Origin: Candidatus Spongiisociaceae bacterium
GTDB taxonomy: Bacteria; Actinomycetota; Acidimicrobiia; Spongiisociales; Spongiisociaceae
DNA length: 64,000 bases
Direction: 5' to 3'
NCBI GenBank assembly: GCA_965219685.1
Contig: CBDCOH010000002.1
Location: 1,280,001 to 1,344,000, forward strand
Position 1 is the stretch's first letter, and every line of letters begins with the position of its first letter. The notes beneath the pieces were generated by a model. That model did not search any database. It was not told where the DNA came from and saw nothing but the letters and a program-made list of their open reading frames with translations. Both the position numbers and the translations under genes were made by a program. Shown in pieces: positions 9,810-18,840 of the stretch.

Positions 9810-11183
9810 TCAGTGGAGGGGCAGCCCTGCGGCCGCCATCAGCGTCTCCCCAGTCGCCTCGCTGAGCGTGGGGTGGGCGTGGACGAAGGCCGCCGCTTCC
9901 TCGGGCAGGGCCTCCCACCCCACCATGTACATCAACTCGTGGATCAACTCACCGGCCTGGGGACCGACGACGGTGGCGCCCACGATGGGACCTCCCACCT
10001 CGTTGAGGATCTTCACGAAACCGCGGTTCCTACCGATGATCCGGGCCCTTCCCACGCCGAAGAAGGAGTGATCGTGGGACTCCACCTCGAGACCCGCGGC
10101 CTCGGCTTGCGCCTCGGTAAGGCCCACGGCCGCCACCTCGGGATGGGTGTAGACCACGCTGGGGAGCGCCCGGTAGTCGACCGGCCTAGCCGACCCGGTG
10201 GCGATGAAGGTGATGGCGGAGATGGCCTCTGCGAAGGCGCCGTGGGCGAGGCCGGGGGTATCGGCCACGATGTCGCCGACTGCGAACACACCGGGTTGAG
10301 CAGACTGCATGGTGTCAAGATCGACCCTTAGGAATCCCCGGTCCGTTCCCAGGCCGACGGTTTCGAGACCGAGTCCATCGGTCAACGGCCGGCGGCCCAC
10401 CGCTACCAGGACGGTGTCCACCTCGAACCCGTCGGCACCCCCCGAAGCTTGCAGGACGGTGCGGTCACCGGAGGCTTCGAGTTCGGCGCCCGACCCCAGG
10501 ACGAAGGTGACGCCGCGCCGTTGCAGCTGCTTCTGGAGTTCCTTCGCCGCGCCCGGCTCGAAACCGGGGATGATCTGGTCCACCATCTCGAAGACGACCA
10601 CTTCGCTGCCGACATCGGCGAGCAGGCTGGCGAACTCGCACCCGACTATGCCTCCTCCCACGATCCCCACCCGGCCGGGTCGTTCGGGCCAGTCGAGAGC
10701 ATGGTCCGAGCTGACGATCCGTCGACCGTCGAAAGGGAATCCGGGTAGTTCCACGGGAGCGGAACCCGTGGCGAGGATCACGTGGCGGCCTTCCAGGAGT
10801 CGGAATCCTCCCGGTTCCTCGACCTCGACCTTGCCGACCCCGGTCAGGCGGCCCGTACCTCTAACCACGTCTACCTTGCGGTACCTGAGTAGTCCCGCCA
10901 GCCCTCGGACCAGGCCTTTCACGATCGTGTCCTTGCGTTCCAGCGCCACTGGCCAGTCGAAGCGAGGGTCTCCGGTGACGACCCCGAACTCGCCCGCCGA
11001 CCGCACAGTGGAGTACACCTCGGCGGCCTGGAGCCAGCTCTTAGCAGGAATGCAGCCTCTGAGCAGGCACGTACCCCCGATGGTGTCCCGCTCGACGAGG
11101 GCGACGGACAGACCGAAGTTGCGGGCGTAGAGCGCGGCGCCGTAGCCACCCGGACCCCCGCCCACGACTATTACGTCATACAA
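9810..11183 (-). CDS. lpdA: dihydrolipoyl dehydrogenase
   Basis: GGGPGGY, GGTCLLRGCIP redox disulfide, HAHPTLSE. Confidence 0.96.
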   Translation of the reverse strand: MYDVIVVGGGPGGYGAALYARNFGLSVALVERDTIGGTCLLRGCIPAKSWLQAAEVYSTVRSAGEFGVVTGDPRFDWPVALERKDTIVKGLVRGLAGLLRYRKVDVVRGTGRLTGVGKVEVEEPGGFRLLEGRHVILATGSAPVELPGFPFDGRRIVSSDHALDWPERPGRVGIVGGGIVGCEFASLLADVGSEVVVFEMVDQIIPGFEPGAAKELQKQLQRRGVTFVLGSGAELEASGDRTVLQASGGADGFEVDTVLVAVGRRPLTDGLGLETVGLGTDRGFLRVDLDTMQSAQPGVFAVGDIVADTPGLAHGAFAEAISAITFIATGSARPVDYRALPSVVYTHPEVAAVGLTEAQAEAAGLEVESHDHSFFGVGRARIIGRNRGFVKILNEVGGPIVGATVVGPQAGELIHELMYMVGWEALPEEAAAFVHAHPTLSEATGETLMAAAGLPLH

Positions 11184-11391
11184 CTGGGGGCTCCCTCAGG
11201 AGGGTGCCGAAAAAGCCCGGACCAAGAGGTCTGCTCGCGAGCCCGCAAGTTGTCGACCGGGCGCCCTTCCGCCGAGCGAAACCCGCTGGATGCATTTTTG
11301 AGGATCCTCCTGTATGCACGGATGGGTCAGCCTAATGGTATCGCGCTGATCAACGGACCTATGCGGCCGGGGCGGCTACCCTGACTCGCCG

Positions 11392-11484
11392 ATGCCAACT
11401 CGCTATCTGATAGTCGGGGCTCTGATAACCGCGCTCGTGATCCTGGTGGGGGTGGGTCTCTGGTTCCTGCTCGGGGTTCTGTGA
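11392..11484 (+). CDS. putative 30-aa single-TM small protein
   Basis: Manual translation MPTRYLIVGALITALVILVGVGLWFLLGVL*, directly upstream of the MBL hydrolase; below the ORF-track cutoff; no clear RBS. Confidence 0.45.
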   Translation: MPTRYLIVGALITALVILVGVGLWFLLGVL

Positions 11485-11490
11485 CATGGG

Positions 11491-12480
11491 TTGCGGTGGC
11501 GGGAGAAGGTGACGCATACAGCCGTCCCCATGGGTGACGGGATCCACCGGATAAGCCTCTCACTTCCTCCGATGGGCCCGAAGGCGGTGAACTGTTACGT
11601 GGTGGAGGGAAGCGACGGCCTGACCTTGATCGACTGTGGCGTCAACGCCCGCCGGCAGCTCGACACCCTGGTCGGAGGTCTGCGTCAGGTTGCCGACGGC
11701 GACCCGACCCTGGAACGGCTCATCTGCACCCACCTCCACTTCGATCACGTGGGCGGCGCCGCGTCACTGCTCTCCGACCATCCGGCCGAGTTCGTGATGC
11801 ACGCCACCGCGGCGGGACTCGTCGACTGGTACAACGACCGGAACAGCCACCGCGACAGGCTGGCGCGGCTGGTACGGCAGCACGGCGGCCCTCCCACCCT
11901 GGAAGCCCTCGACGAGGCCCCCTGGCAGCAACGGTCCTTCCTGGGTACCGCGGTCCCTCCCAGCCGCCCGGTCGCCGACGGTGACCGGATCGATCTCGGC
12001 TCGGGTCGCTACCTGGAGGTGGTTCACACGCCCGGCCACGACCGTACGCACATCTGCCTGGTCGACAGCCTCACCGGTTTCCTCTTCGCCGGCGACCATG
12101 TTCTGCCGCGGATCACACCTTTCGTGCCGTACGAGGCCGACCGGGACAGCCTCGGCGACTATCTCGAGTCGCTCACGAAGATAGTGGAACTCGACCCTCC
12201 CAGGATCCTGCCCGGCCATGGAGAGCCCCTGGACGGGGGACGCGACAGGGCGCGCGAGATCACCTTGCATCACGAGCAACGATTGGACGCCGTCGCCCGG
12301 GCTGCAACGGGTCCGACGGCCGATGCGTGGGGAGTGATGCAGCAGGTCTTCGGTACCGAACTCGATCCGATCGGCAGCATCCTGGCGCTGCTCGAGACCC
12401 TCGCCCATCTCGAGCACCTGGCCGGCAGGGGCCGGTTGCGCAAGCGGGCCTCGGAGGGCTTCTGGTGTTACGGAGGGTGA
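11491..12480 (+). CDS. MBL fold metallo-hydrolase
   Basis: THLHFDHVGG, HTPGH, AGDH, PGHG metal motifs; C-terminal ETLAHLEHL. Confidence 0.92.
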   Translation: MRWREKVTHTAVPMGDGIHRISLSLPPMGPKAVNCYVVEGSDGLTLIDCGVNARRQLDTLVGGLRQVADGDPTLERLICTHLHFDHVGGAASLLSDHPAEFVMHATAAGLVDWYNDRNSHRDRLARLVRQHGGPPTLEALDEAPWQQRSFLGTAVPPSRPVADGDRIDLGSGRYLEVVHTPGHDRTHICLVDSLTGFLFAGDHVLPRITPFVPYEADRDSLGDYLESLTKIVELDPPRILPGHGEPLDGGRDRAREITLHHEQRLDAVARAATGPTADAWGVMQQVFGTELDPIGSILALLETLAHLEHLAGRGRLRKRASEGFWCYGG

Positions 12481-12500
12481 GGGGGTGGCCGCCGCGAGAG

Positions 12501-12704
12501 TCAGAGGGGTCGGAAACCCCGGTTGCGCGCCTCGGCCAAGGTGTCGGGTCCGTACGTCTGGATCAGCTTCCGTCCCAGCAGGTCGTCCGACTCGATCCGC
12601 TCCTCGAGCAGGGAGAACTGGTCGCGATCGTCGCAGTCGTAAACGGTCATCGTGTCACGGGCCCCGACGAACCGGCTCGCTTCCAACCGCCTCAGCCTTG
12701 CCAT
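12501..12704 (-). CDS. small hypothetical protein
   Basis: 67-aa ATG ORF at the end of a co-directional run; plausible composition. Confidence 0.6.
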   Translation of the reverse strand: MARLRRLEASRFVGARDTMTVYDCDDRDQFSLLEERIESDDLLGRKLIQTYGPDTLAEARNRGFRPL

Positions 12705-12738
12705 GCAGGTCCCACCAGGATGCCCCCTCCGTGTCCGG

Positions 12739-13077
12739 TCATCCGGCGCGTCCCCCTCGCCTCTCCCGGACTCCCGTCTTCACCTCCGTACCGCACATGG
12801 GGCAGCGGGCGACCGCTATCTCCCCCACTATGAAGCTGAAGCCGCACTGCTTGTCGGCACAACGCGTTCTGCGGGAGGGCCTCTCAGGTGGCGGCGGTGG
12901 TGGCGGGGCCATCGGTCCTTGCGGTCCCGCGCCGGGCGGCCCTCCATGAGGGCCGGGGCCCGCACCGGGTTGCGCCCCGGCCCGGACCTCGTTCGTCACG
13001 CCGCAGGCAGGGCAGGCGTAACGGCCCGGCCGCATGACCTCGAATCCCGTACCGCAGCGACCGCATCGTGCTCTCAT
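12739..13077 (-). CDS. double zinc-ribbon protein with Pro/Gly linker
   Basis: CGRC, CPAC, CADKQC, CPMC; ATGA overlap with upstream gene. Confidence 0.75.
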   Translation of the reverse strand: MRARCGRCGTGFEVMRPGRYACPACGVTNEVRAGAQPGAGPGPHGGPPGAGPQGPMAPPPPPPPERPSRRTRCADKQCGFSFIVGEIAVARCPMCGTEVKTGVRERRGGRAG

Positions 13078-13517
13078 ACCGGCTCCTGCTCCTTCACCCT
13101 TTCACCCAGAGCGCCGATACCGGCCAGGTATCCCGCCTCGGCGGCAAGCACCTGGGCGATGTCGGCGGTGGAGTACTCGTGGCCCCTCCTGGCCAGTTGG
13201 TACTGAATGTACTCGATCGCGCCGCTCTCCCCGCCGGCTATCACGCTCAGGCCTGTCCGTCGTCGGGCAGGGACGGCCAGGCCCTGCAGGTAGTGGGTCG
13301 ACCACTCGATGATCCGGCGTACCCCGGATTTGCCGAGCCGGCCCATCGGTTCAGGATCGAGACTCCCGGCCGCGAACTCGACCGCGTCGTTGATCACGTA
13401 GACGGGCGGCTCCGACATTCGTCGGCCGCCGGAACCCCGGAAAACGACGACGGCCACCACGAGCAGGACAAGCACCAGGCCAACGAGTCCGATCGCCGCC
13501 GCGACTCCGGGAGACAT
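13074..13517 (-). CDS. hypothetical membrane-anchored protein
   Basis: N-terminal TM helix; translationally coupled to 12739-13077. Confidence 0.7.
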   Translation of the reverse strand: MSPGVAAAIGLVGLVLVLLVVAVVVFRGSGGRRMSEPPVYVINDAVEFAAGSLDPEPMGRLGKSGVRRIIEWSTHYLQGLAVPARRRTGLSVIAGGESGAIEYIQYQLARRGHEYSTADIAQVLAAEAGYLAGIGALGERVKEQEPV

Positions 13518-13684
13518 GGAAACAGCCTACCGGCCGACCGTCCCCTCCCCGCTCACGAACCCCAGGGGATGCCGGGCACGATCTCCGAATCCCGTCCGAA
13601 CATCCAAGCTGCCCTGCACGCGACATGTGGGCCGCGCTGGGATCGAGCAGGTTCGGAACCGCTCCCGCCATCAGGCGACCGGCC

Positions 13685-15685
13685 TCAGTACACGTACGGG
13701 GTCGGCCGCGGCGGGAACCTGGTCCACGAGGTCACGACCAGGGACGCCAGGTCGGATCCCTTCAAACCGGCCTCGGAGAGGGTGAAGAGGTTGTCGCCTA
13801 TCACCAGCGAACGCCTGATCGGAGCGTGCATCCACCGGTAGTACCCCGAACCGCCCGCGAGGTCGTCCTCGGCCAGTTCATGCTCGATGGTGCCCAGCCG
13901 CTCTATGCCCCCGGATCCGATGCGCAGTGCGATGGCTCCCTGGTAGCTCTCCCACTGGTTGGATCCTTCCTGATACCCCCACCATCCGATGGGCAGCACC
14001 GCCAGTCCGGTCTGGGGCCAGTACAGGAAGGCCCGATGGTTGAACTCGACCTCCGTACGGGAGGATCTCGGAAGTCTGTACTGGTGGGTGCGTACCGGCT
14101 TCGCGGCATCGGACACGTCGAACACGGACACCTGGGTACCGAGGATACGGCCTCTCTCGTCGGCATCCTGCCCGACGCCGAGTACCAGGTGCTCCCCGAC
14201 CGGGTGCAGGTAGGCGGAGTATCCCGGGATCTTCAACTCCCCCCGCACCTCAGGTGCGGTCGGATCGGACAGGTCGACGGTGTACAGCGGGTCGATCTGG
14301 CGAAAGGTCACAACGTAGCCCATGTCACCGATGAACCGCACCGCGAAGATGCGCTCTCCCCTGCCGAGGCCCTTGACCGATCCGACCACTCGGAGACGGC
14401 CGCCGTCCCGCTCCAGCACGTCCACCCGGCTCTCCGACGTCCCGTCGGCGCGCCACCATCCCCATACGGGCACGTTGGTGGAGGCCACCCGCAGGTACCC
14501 GTCGTGTTCGGACATCGCGAACTGGTTGAGCAGGAGCCCGTCGACTGATCCGCTCGCTTCGTAGACGGGACCGTCGGGCCCGCTGACGTCGAAGCTGTGG
14601 ATCTGGGTGGTGACCCGGGCGGCATCCGCCGCGTCGAAGTCGGTGCGGTCGATCCAGCGGCGGTTGGCGACGTACAGCCGGTCGGCAGACGCATAGACGG
14701 TGTCGCCTCCAGCCATGACACTCGCCACGGAACCCACCCGGAGTCCCTCCGACAGGTCGATATTCAGCACCGACAGTAGGCCGAAGCCGGAGAACTCCTG
14801 GGGGGCGAAGGTCGCCGAGCAGTCGACCAGGCTCCCGCGGTCGGAACGTCCCTGGGTCTTCAGCTCGTACCCCGGCACCCACTGTTCGAGGGTGGACTCC
14901 CGTATGGCACTGCGGTTGGCGCGCTCTGCTCTGGTCTGGGCCGACCCGAATCCGCTGGCGGGGTAGACGAACTCCCGGTCGATACGGGACTCCGACGCCA
15001 CCACCAGGCTGGCCCGGTCATCCACTAGGCGCGCAGACACCAGCCTTCCATCGATGGAGAGGCTCCTGACCACCCTCAGTACCAGCGGCTCGGATAGGTC
15101 GAATTGGACGACCTGCGCCTTCGGCTCGCGCGAGCCGCCCGGTGCATCGGCGTTGCCGGACATCATCACGAGGGCCGTGTCACCTCTGAGCAAGAGTTGG
15201 CTGTCGGGCAGTCTCCATCCACCGCCCAGGCCGTTCAGCCAGGGCCACAGGTCGTATGTGGAGATGACGGCCGGATCGCCCCCCGACACGTCGATGTTGT
15301 ACATGACCCCTCGGGAGAGCGCCACGATGCGCTTGCCGTCCGTCTTGACGATGTCGGGTTCGTCGACTCCGGCCTCCTGGACGTTCGTGGTCGAGTAGTC
15401 GACACCAGCCACGGGGGAGGTGACGGCCTCCGCTGCATCCGCCGCGGCCTCCGCCTCGGCGACCGCGGCCTCGGCTACATCGAAAGCCAGGTAGGAACCT
15501 CCGTCGGCGAAACCGTAGGGGCCCACTCGCGCCAGGGCCTCGCTCTTGAGGTGGTCAAGGAAGGCGTCGCAGTCTTCGAACCGGATCAACTCCGATGGGG
15601 CCATCTCCTGCGATGCCGAGGGAGAGGCCGCCGCGATGTTTAACACCGTCAGCAACCCTGCGACGCAAAGTGCGTGCCTTCTCAT
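13685..15685 (-). CDS. secreted beta-propeller domain protein (Beta_propel-like)
   Basis: Signal peptide; STTNVQEAGVDEPDIVKTDG, LLNQFAMSE, VTFRQIDPL, GELKIPGYSAYLHP motifs. Confidence 0.88.
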   Translation of the reverse strand: MRRHALCVAGLLTVLNIAAASPSASQEMAPSELIRFEDCDAFLDHLKSEALARVGPYGFADGGSYLAFDVAEAAVAEAEAAADAAEAVTSPVAGVDYSTTNVQEAGVDEPDIVKTDGKRIVALSRGVMYNIDVSGGDPAVISTYDLWPWLNGLGGGWRLPDSQLLLRGDTALVMMSGNADAPGGSREPKAQVVQFDLSEPLVLRVVRSLSIDGRLVSARLVDDRASLVVASESRIDREFVYPASGFGSAQTRAERANRSAIRESTLEQWVPGYELKTQGRSDRGSLVDCSATFAPQEFSGFGLLSVLNIDLSEGLRVGSVASVMAGGDTVYASADRLYVANRRWIDRTDFDAADAARVTTQIHSFDVSGPDGPVYEASGSVDGLLLNQFAMSEHDGYLRVASTNVPVWGWWRADGTSESRVDVLERDGGRLRVVGSVKGLGRGERIFAVRFIGDMGYVVTFRQIDPLYTVDLSDPTAPEVRGELKIPGYSAYLHPVGEHLVLGVGQDADERGRILGTQVSVFDVSDAAKPVRTHQYRLPRSSRTEVEFNHRAFLYWPQTGLAVLPIGWWGYQEGSNQWESYQGAIALRIGSGGIERLGTIEHELAEDDLAGGSGYYRWMHAPIRRSLVIGDNLFTLSEAGLKGSDLASLVVTSWTRFPPRPTPYVY

Positions 15686-15856
15686 GAGCGATTCCTTCCA
15701 TTGGACAGGCGCTTGCCGGTTGGACGTACGCTAGAAGGGGAAGGTTCCCGGTGCGGGCGCAGCTCTTGCGACGCCACCGCAATGGGTTTACCAACGCGGC
15801 GGTCAGCCAATTACCCTTGGAGGTGGACATCCACTCGCCTACCGGGAGAACCTCCG

Positions 15857-16615
15857 TTGAAGGCCGACGCCCCTTTGCTCGCCATAGAAGACCTGCACGT
15901 GGCCGTGGACGGGAGCCCGATCCTGCGGGGTGTCGACCTGACGACCAGGCGGGGTGAGATCCATGCCCTGATGGGACCCAACGGATCCGGGAAGTCGACC
16001 CTCGCAAAGGTGCTGATGGGCCATCCCGCATACGAGATCACCGCGGGGAGGGTCTACTTCGACGGTGAGGACATCACCGAGGCCGATCCGCCGTCGCGAG
16101 GGCGCAGGGGCATGTTCCTGGCCTTCCAGTACCCGGAGGAAATCCCGGGGGTGTCGGTGGTCAACTTCCTGCGCACCGCACTGAGCAACCGCACCGGGAT
16201 CGACTACACGGTGCTCGAACTCCGACTGAGGGTGATGGATGCCATGGCCGCGCTCGGAATGGACTCGACCTTCGCCGACCGGTACGTCAACCAGGGCTTC
16301 TCGGGAGGCGAGCGCAAGCGGAACGAAGTGCTGCAGATGGCGGTGCTGGAGCCCGAACTCGCCATCATGGACGAGACCGACTCGGGACTCGACATCGATG
16401 CCCTCCAGATCGTCGCGGAGGGAGTGAACAGGCTGGCCGGACCGGAACGGGGATTCCTCATCATCACTCACTACCAGCGGTTGCTCGATTACATCACCCC
16501 GGACACCGTCCATGTCCTGGTCGGCGGCCGGATCGTTGCATCGGGCGGGCCGGAGTTGGCCCGACGTCTCGAACTCGACGGCTACGAGGCCTTCCGGGCG
16601 GTGTCCGCAGCATGA
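15857..16615 (+). CDS. sufC: Fe-S cluster assembly ATPase SufC (copy 1)
   Basis: MGPNGSGKST, FQYPEEIPG, GFSGGERKRNE, DETDSGLDIDAL, ITHYQR; start TTG 15857 after GGGAGA. Confidence 0.93.
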   Translation: MKADAPLLAIEDLHVAVDGSPILRGVDLTTRRGEIHALMGPNGSGKSTLAKVLMGHPAYEITAGRVYFDGEDITEADPPSRGRRGMFLAFQYPEEIPGVSVVNFLRTALSNRTGIDYTVLELRLRVMDAMAALGMDSTFADRYVNQGFSGGERKRNEVLQMAVLEPELAIMDETDSGLDIDALQIVAEGVNRLAGPERGFLIITHYQRLLDYITPDTVHVLVGGRIVASGGPELARRLELDGYEAFRAVSAA

Positions 16616-17841
16616 TCGATCCTTCCTGTATCCGCGCCGACTTCCCGATCCTGGATCGGGAGATCAACGGGCGACCCCTCGTATTCCTCGACTCGGCGGC
16701 CAGTTCGCAGAAGCCGGTCCAGGTTCTCGACGCCCTCACCCGGATCTACCGTGACTCCTACGCCAACGTTCATCGCGGCGCCTACACCCTGTCGCAGGAG
16801 GCAACCGAGGCATACGAGGAGGCCCGGCGCAAGGTGGCCCGGTTCCTGAACGCCCGCACAGACGAGGAGATCGTCTTCACGCGCAGCGCCACCGCGGCGA
16901 TGAACCTGTTCGCGTACGGATGGGGCCTCAACACGTTGAAGCCGGGGGATCGGGTGATGACCAGTGTGATGGAGCATCACGCCAACATCGTTCCGTGGCA
17001 CATCGTCGCCCGGCACACCGGCGCCGAGTTGGTCTATCTGGATCTCACCGACGACTTCCGCATCGACCTGGACAGCGTGGGTGACCGCTTGGACGAGAGG
17101 GTCAAGATCGTGGCCCTGTCGGGGATGTCAAACGTCCTGGGTACCATGCCTCCCATCGGCGCGATCGCCCCCCTGGCCCACGAAGTGGGGGCGGTGGTCC
17201 TCGTGGACGGGGCACAGCTCGTTCCCCACTCCCCTGTCGACGTGCGGACGCTGGGCGCCGACTTCCTGGCCTTCTCGGGACACAAGATGCTCGGACCCAC
17301 CGGGATCGGGGTGCTGTGGGGACGGCGGGAACTGCTCGAGGAGATGGAGCCCGCCGAGGGTGGCGGCGAGATGATCCGCGATGTCCGGCTGTTCGAATCG
17401 ACATGGGCGCCGGTACCGCACAAATTCGAAGCGGGCACGCCTCCCTTCGTGGAGGCCATCGCCCTCGGGGCAGCCGTCGACTACCTGTCCGATATCGGCA
17501 TGGACAACGTGTTGGAGCACGACCGCCGGCTGACCGCCTACGCGCTGAAGCGGCTGGCGGAGATACCGGACCTCTCCATCCAGGGGCCGTCCGACATCAC
17601 CGACCGGGGGGGCACCATCAGCTTCCACATCCCCGGCATCCACGCCCACGACATCGCGACGATTCTGGACGAGCAGGGCGTTGCGGTACGAGCGGGACAT
17701 CACTGCGCCAAGCCGTTGATGCGTCACCTCGGTCTCACCGCCACCGCGCGCGCCTCCTTCTACGTCTACAACGTCGAGCAGGAGGTCGACGCCCTGGTGG
17801 ACGCCTTGGCCGAAGCCCGTCGCCTGTTCGGGCTCTCCTGA
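16612..17841 (+). CDS. sufS: cysteine desulfurase SufS
   Basis: LDSAASSQKP, NVHRGA, FSGHKMLGPTG, RAGHHCA. Confidence 0.95.
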   Translation: MIDPSCIRADFPILDREINGRPLVFLDSAASSQKPVQVLDALTRIYRDSYANVHRGAYTLSQEATEAYEEARRKVARFLNARTDEEIVFTRSATAAMNLFAYGWGLNTLKPGDRVMTSVMEHHANIVPWHIVARHTGAELVYLDLTDDFRIDLDSVGDRLDERVKIVALSGMSNVLGTMPPIGAIAPLAHEVGAVVLVDGAQLVPHSPVDVRTLGADFLAFSGHKMLGPTGIGVLWGRRELLEEMEPAEGGGEMIRDVRLFESTWAPVPHKFEAGTPPFVEAIALGAAVDYLSDIGMDNVLEHDRRLTAYALKRLAEIPDLSIQGPSDITDRGGTISFHIPGIHAHDIATILDEQGVAVRAGHHCAKPLMRHLGLTATARASFYVYNVEQEVDALVDALAEARRLFGLS

Positions 17842-17912
17842 CGGAAGCCGGCCCGTCATGGCAGACCGCTACCCGTTCGGCACCGCCCGAGTTCTAACGT
17901 TGAGACCCACCT

Positions 17913-18368
17913 ATGGCGCTTGAAGAACTGTACCGCGAGGTGATCCTCGATCACTACCGGAGTCCCCGAAACCGTCGGACCCTCCGGGATCCCGACGCGA
18001 GCGCCGACGGCAACAACCCGCTGTGCGGCGATGACGTCCGCGTCGAGTTGATGATCGAACGGGGCATCATCGTGGACATCGGCGTCACGGGGCAAGGGTG
18101 TTCCATCTCACAGGCCTCGGGATCGATGATGGGGGACGCCGTCAAGACCAGGTCGATAGACCACGTCCATCACCTCACCGACCTTTTCAAGGGGATGATG
18201 AGCATCGACGGCGCCTCCGACCCCGGACTGAACCCGGACCGTCCGGGAGCGGTGCTCGGCGATCTGGAGGCTCTCCAGGGGGTGCGCAAGTTCCCGGTGC
18301 GCATCAAGTGCGCCGACCTGCCGTGGACAACGCTCGAAGAAGCGCTGAAGGGATACGAATCCCGCTGA
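17913..18368 (+). CDS. sufU: SufU/NifU-like Fe-S assembly protein
   Basis: LYREVILDHYRSPRN, NPLCGD, GCSISQAS, RIKCA. Confidence 0.95.
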   Translation: MALEELYREVILDHYRSPRNRRTLRDPDASADGNNPLCGDDVRVELMIERGIIVDIGVTGQGCSISQASGSMMGDAVKTRSIDHVHHLTDLFKGMMSIDGASDPGLNPDRPGAVLGDLEALQGVRKFPVRIKCADLPWTTLEEALKGYESR

Positions 18369-18453
18369 ATTCCGGGCGCATCTCATCGCGGTCCGAGGGT
18401 CCGCCCGGCTCGGGCTGCACGAAGACACAGCGGAACCTCGGGCGTCCGGGGCT

Positions 18454-18675
18454 TCAGGACTGCAGGGCGATCATGATTCCCACCACAGAGGCAGCGGCCG
18501 CGTAGACCGACGCGATCATCCACATCCCCAACCGGAAGGCCGCCCGGTCCGACGCCCGCTGCCCGTCCAGGATCGAAGCCAGCATCGTCGCAGCCGTTGC
18601 GGAGATTTCGGCTCGAACCTCGGCTTGGCGGGCTTCATCCTTCGCGTCGACCAGGGACTCGGTTACGGTCGTCAC
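18454..18675 (-). CDS. small protein with C-terminal transmembrane anchor (paralog of 2096-2287)
   Basis: GTG 18675 after G-rich RBS; VTESLVDAKDEARQAEV block shared with the 2096 ORF; hydrophobic C-terminus. Confidence 0.75.
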   Translation of the reverse strand: MTTVTESLVDAKDEARQAEVRAEISATAATMLASILDGQRASDRAAFRLGMWMIASVYAAAASVVGIMIALQS

Positions 18676-18783
18676 AATATCCCCCTGCCCTCTTTGCCGA
18701 TTCTTGATCGGGTTAGCATACAACGTTGTGGAGTATATAACAACGCTTATCTCGGGCGGACCCGCGCCGGTGGTGTGGCCCAG

Positions 18784-18840
18784 CTAGACGGAGTAGGCCA
18801 CTCACCACTCACCACTCACCACTCACCACTCACCACTCTA
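18784..18840 (+). repeat. CTAGACGGAGTAG motif plus (CCACTCA)x5-6 array ending at the fumC TAG stop
   Basis: Five perfect CCACTCA units at 18798-18832 plus CCACTCT, preceded by a 1-nt-insertion variant of the element's CTAGACGAGTAG motif. Confidence 0.85.

Noticed and set aside
11293-11318. TGCAT...ATGCA inverted repeat upstream of lpdA resembling the one at 62466
   Set aside because: Different spacing and only 5-bp arms; insufficient support.
18798-18839. Tandem repeats as a possible CRISPR array or telomere-like tract
   Set aside because: Units are 7 bp with no unique spacers, no cas genes are present, and the position is internal.
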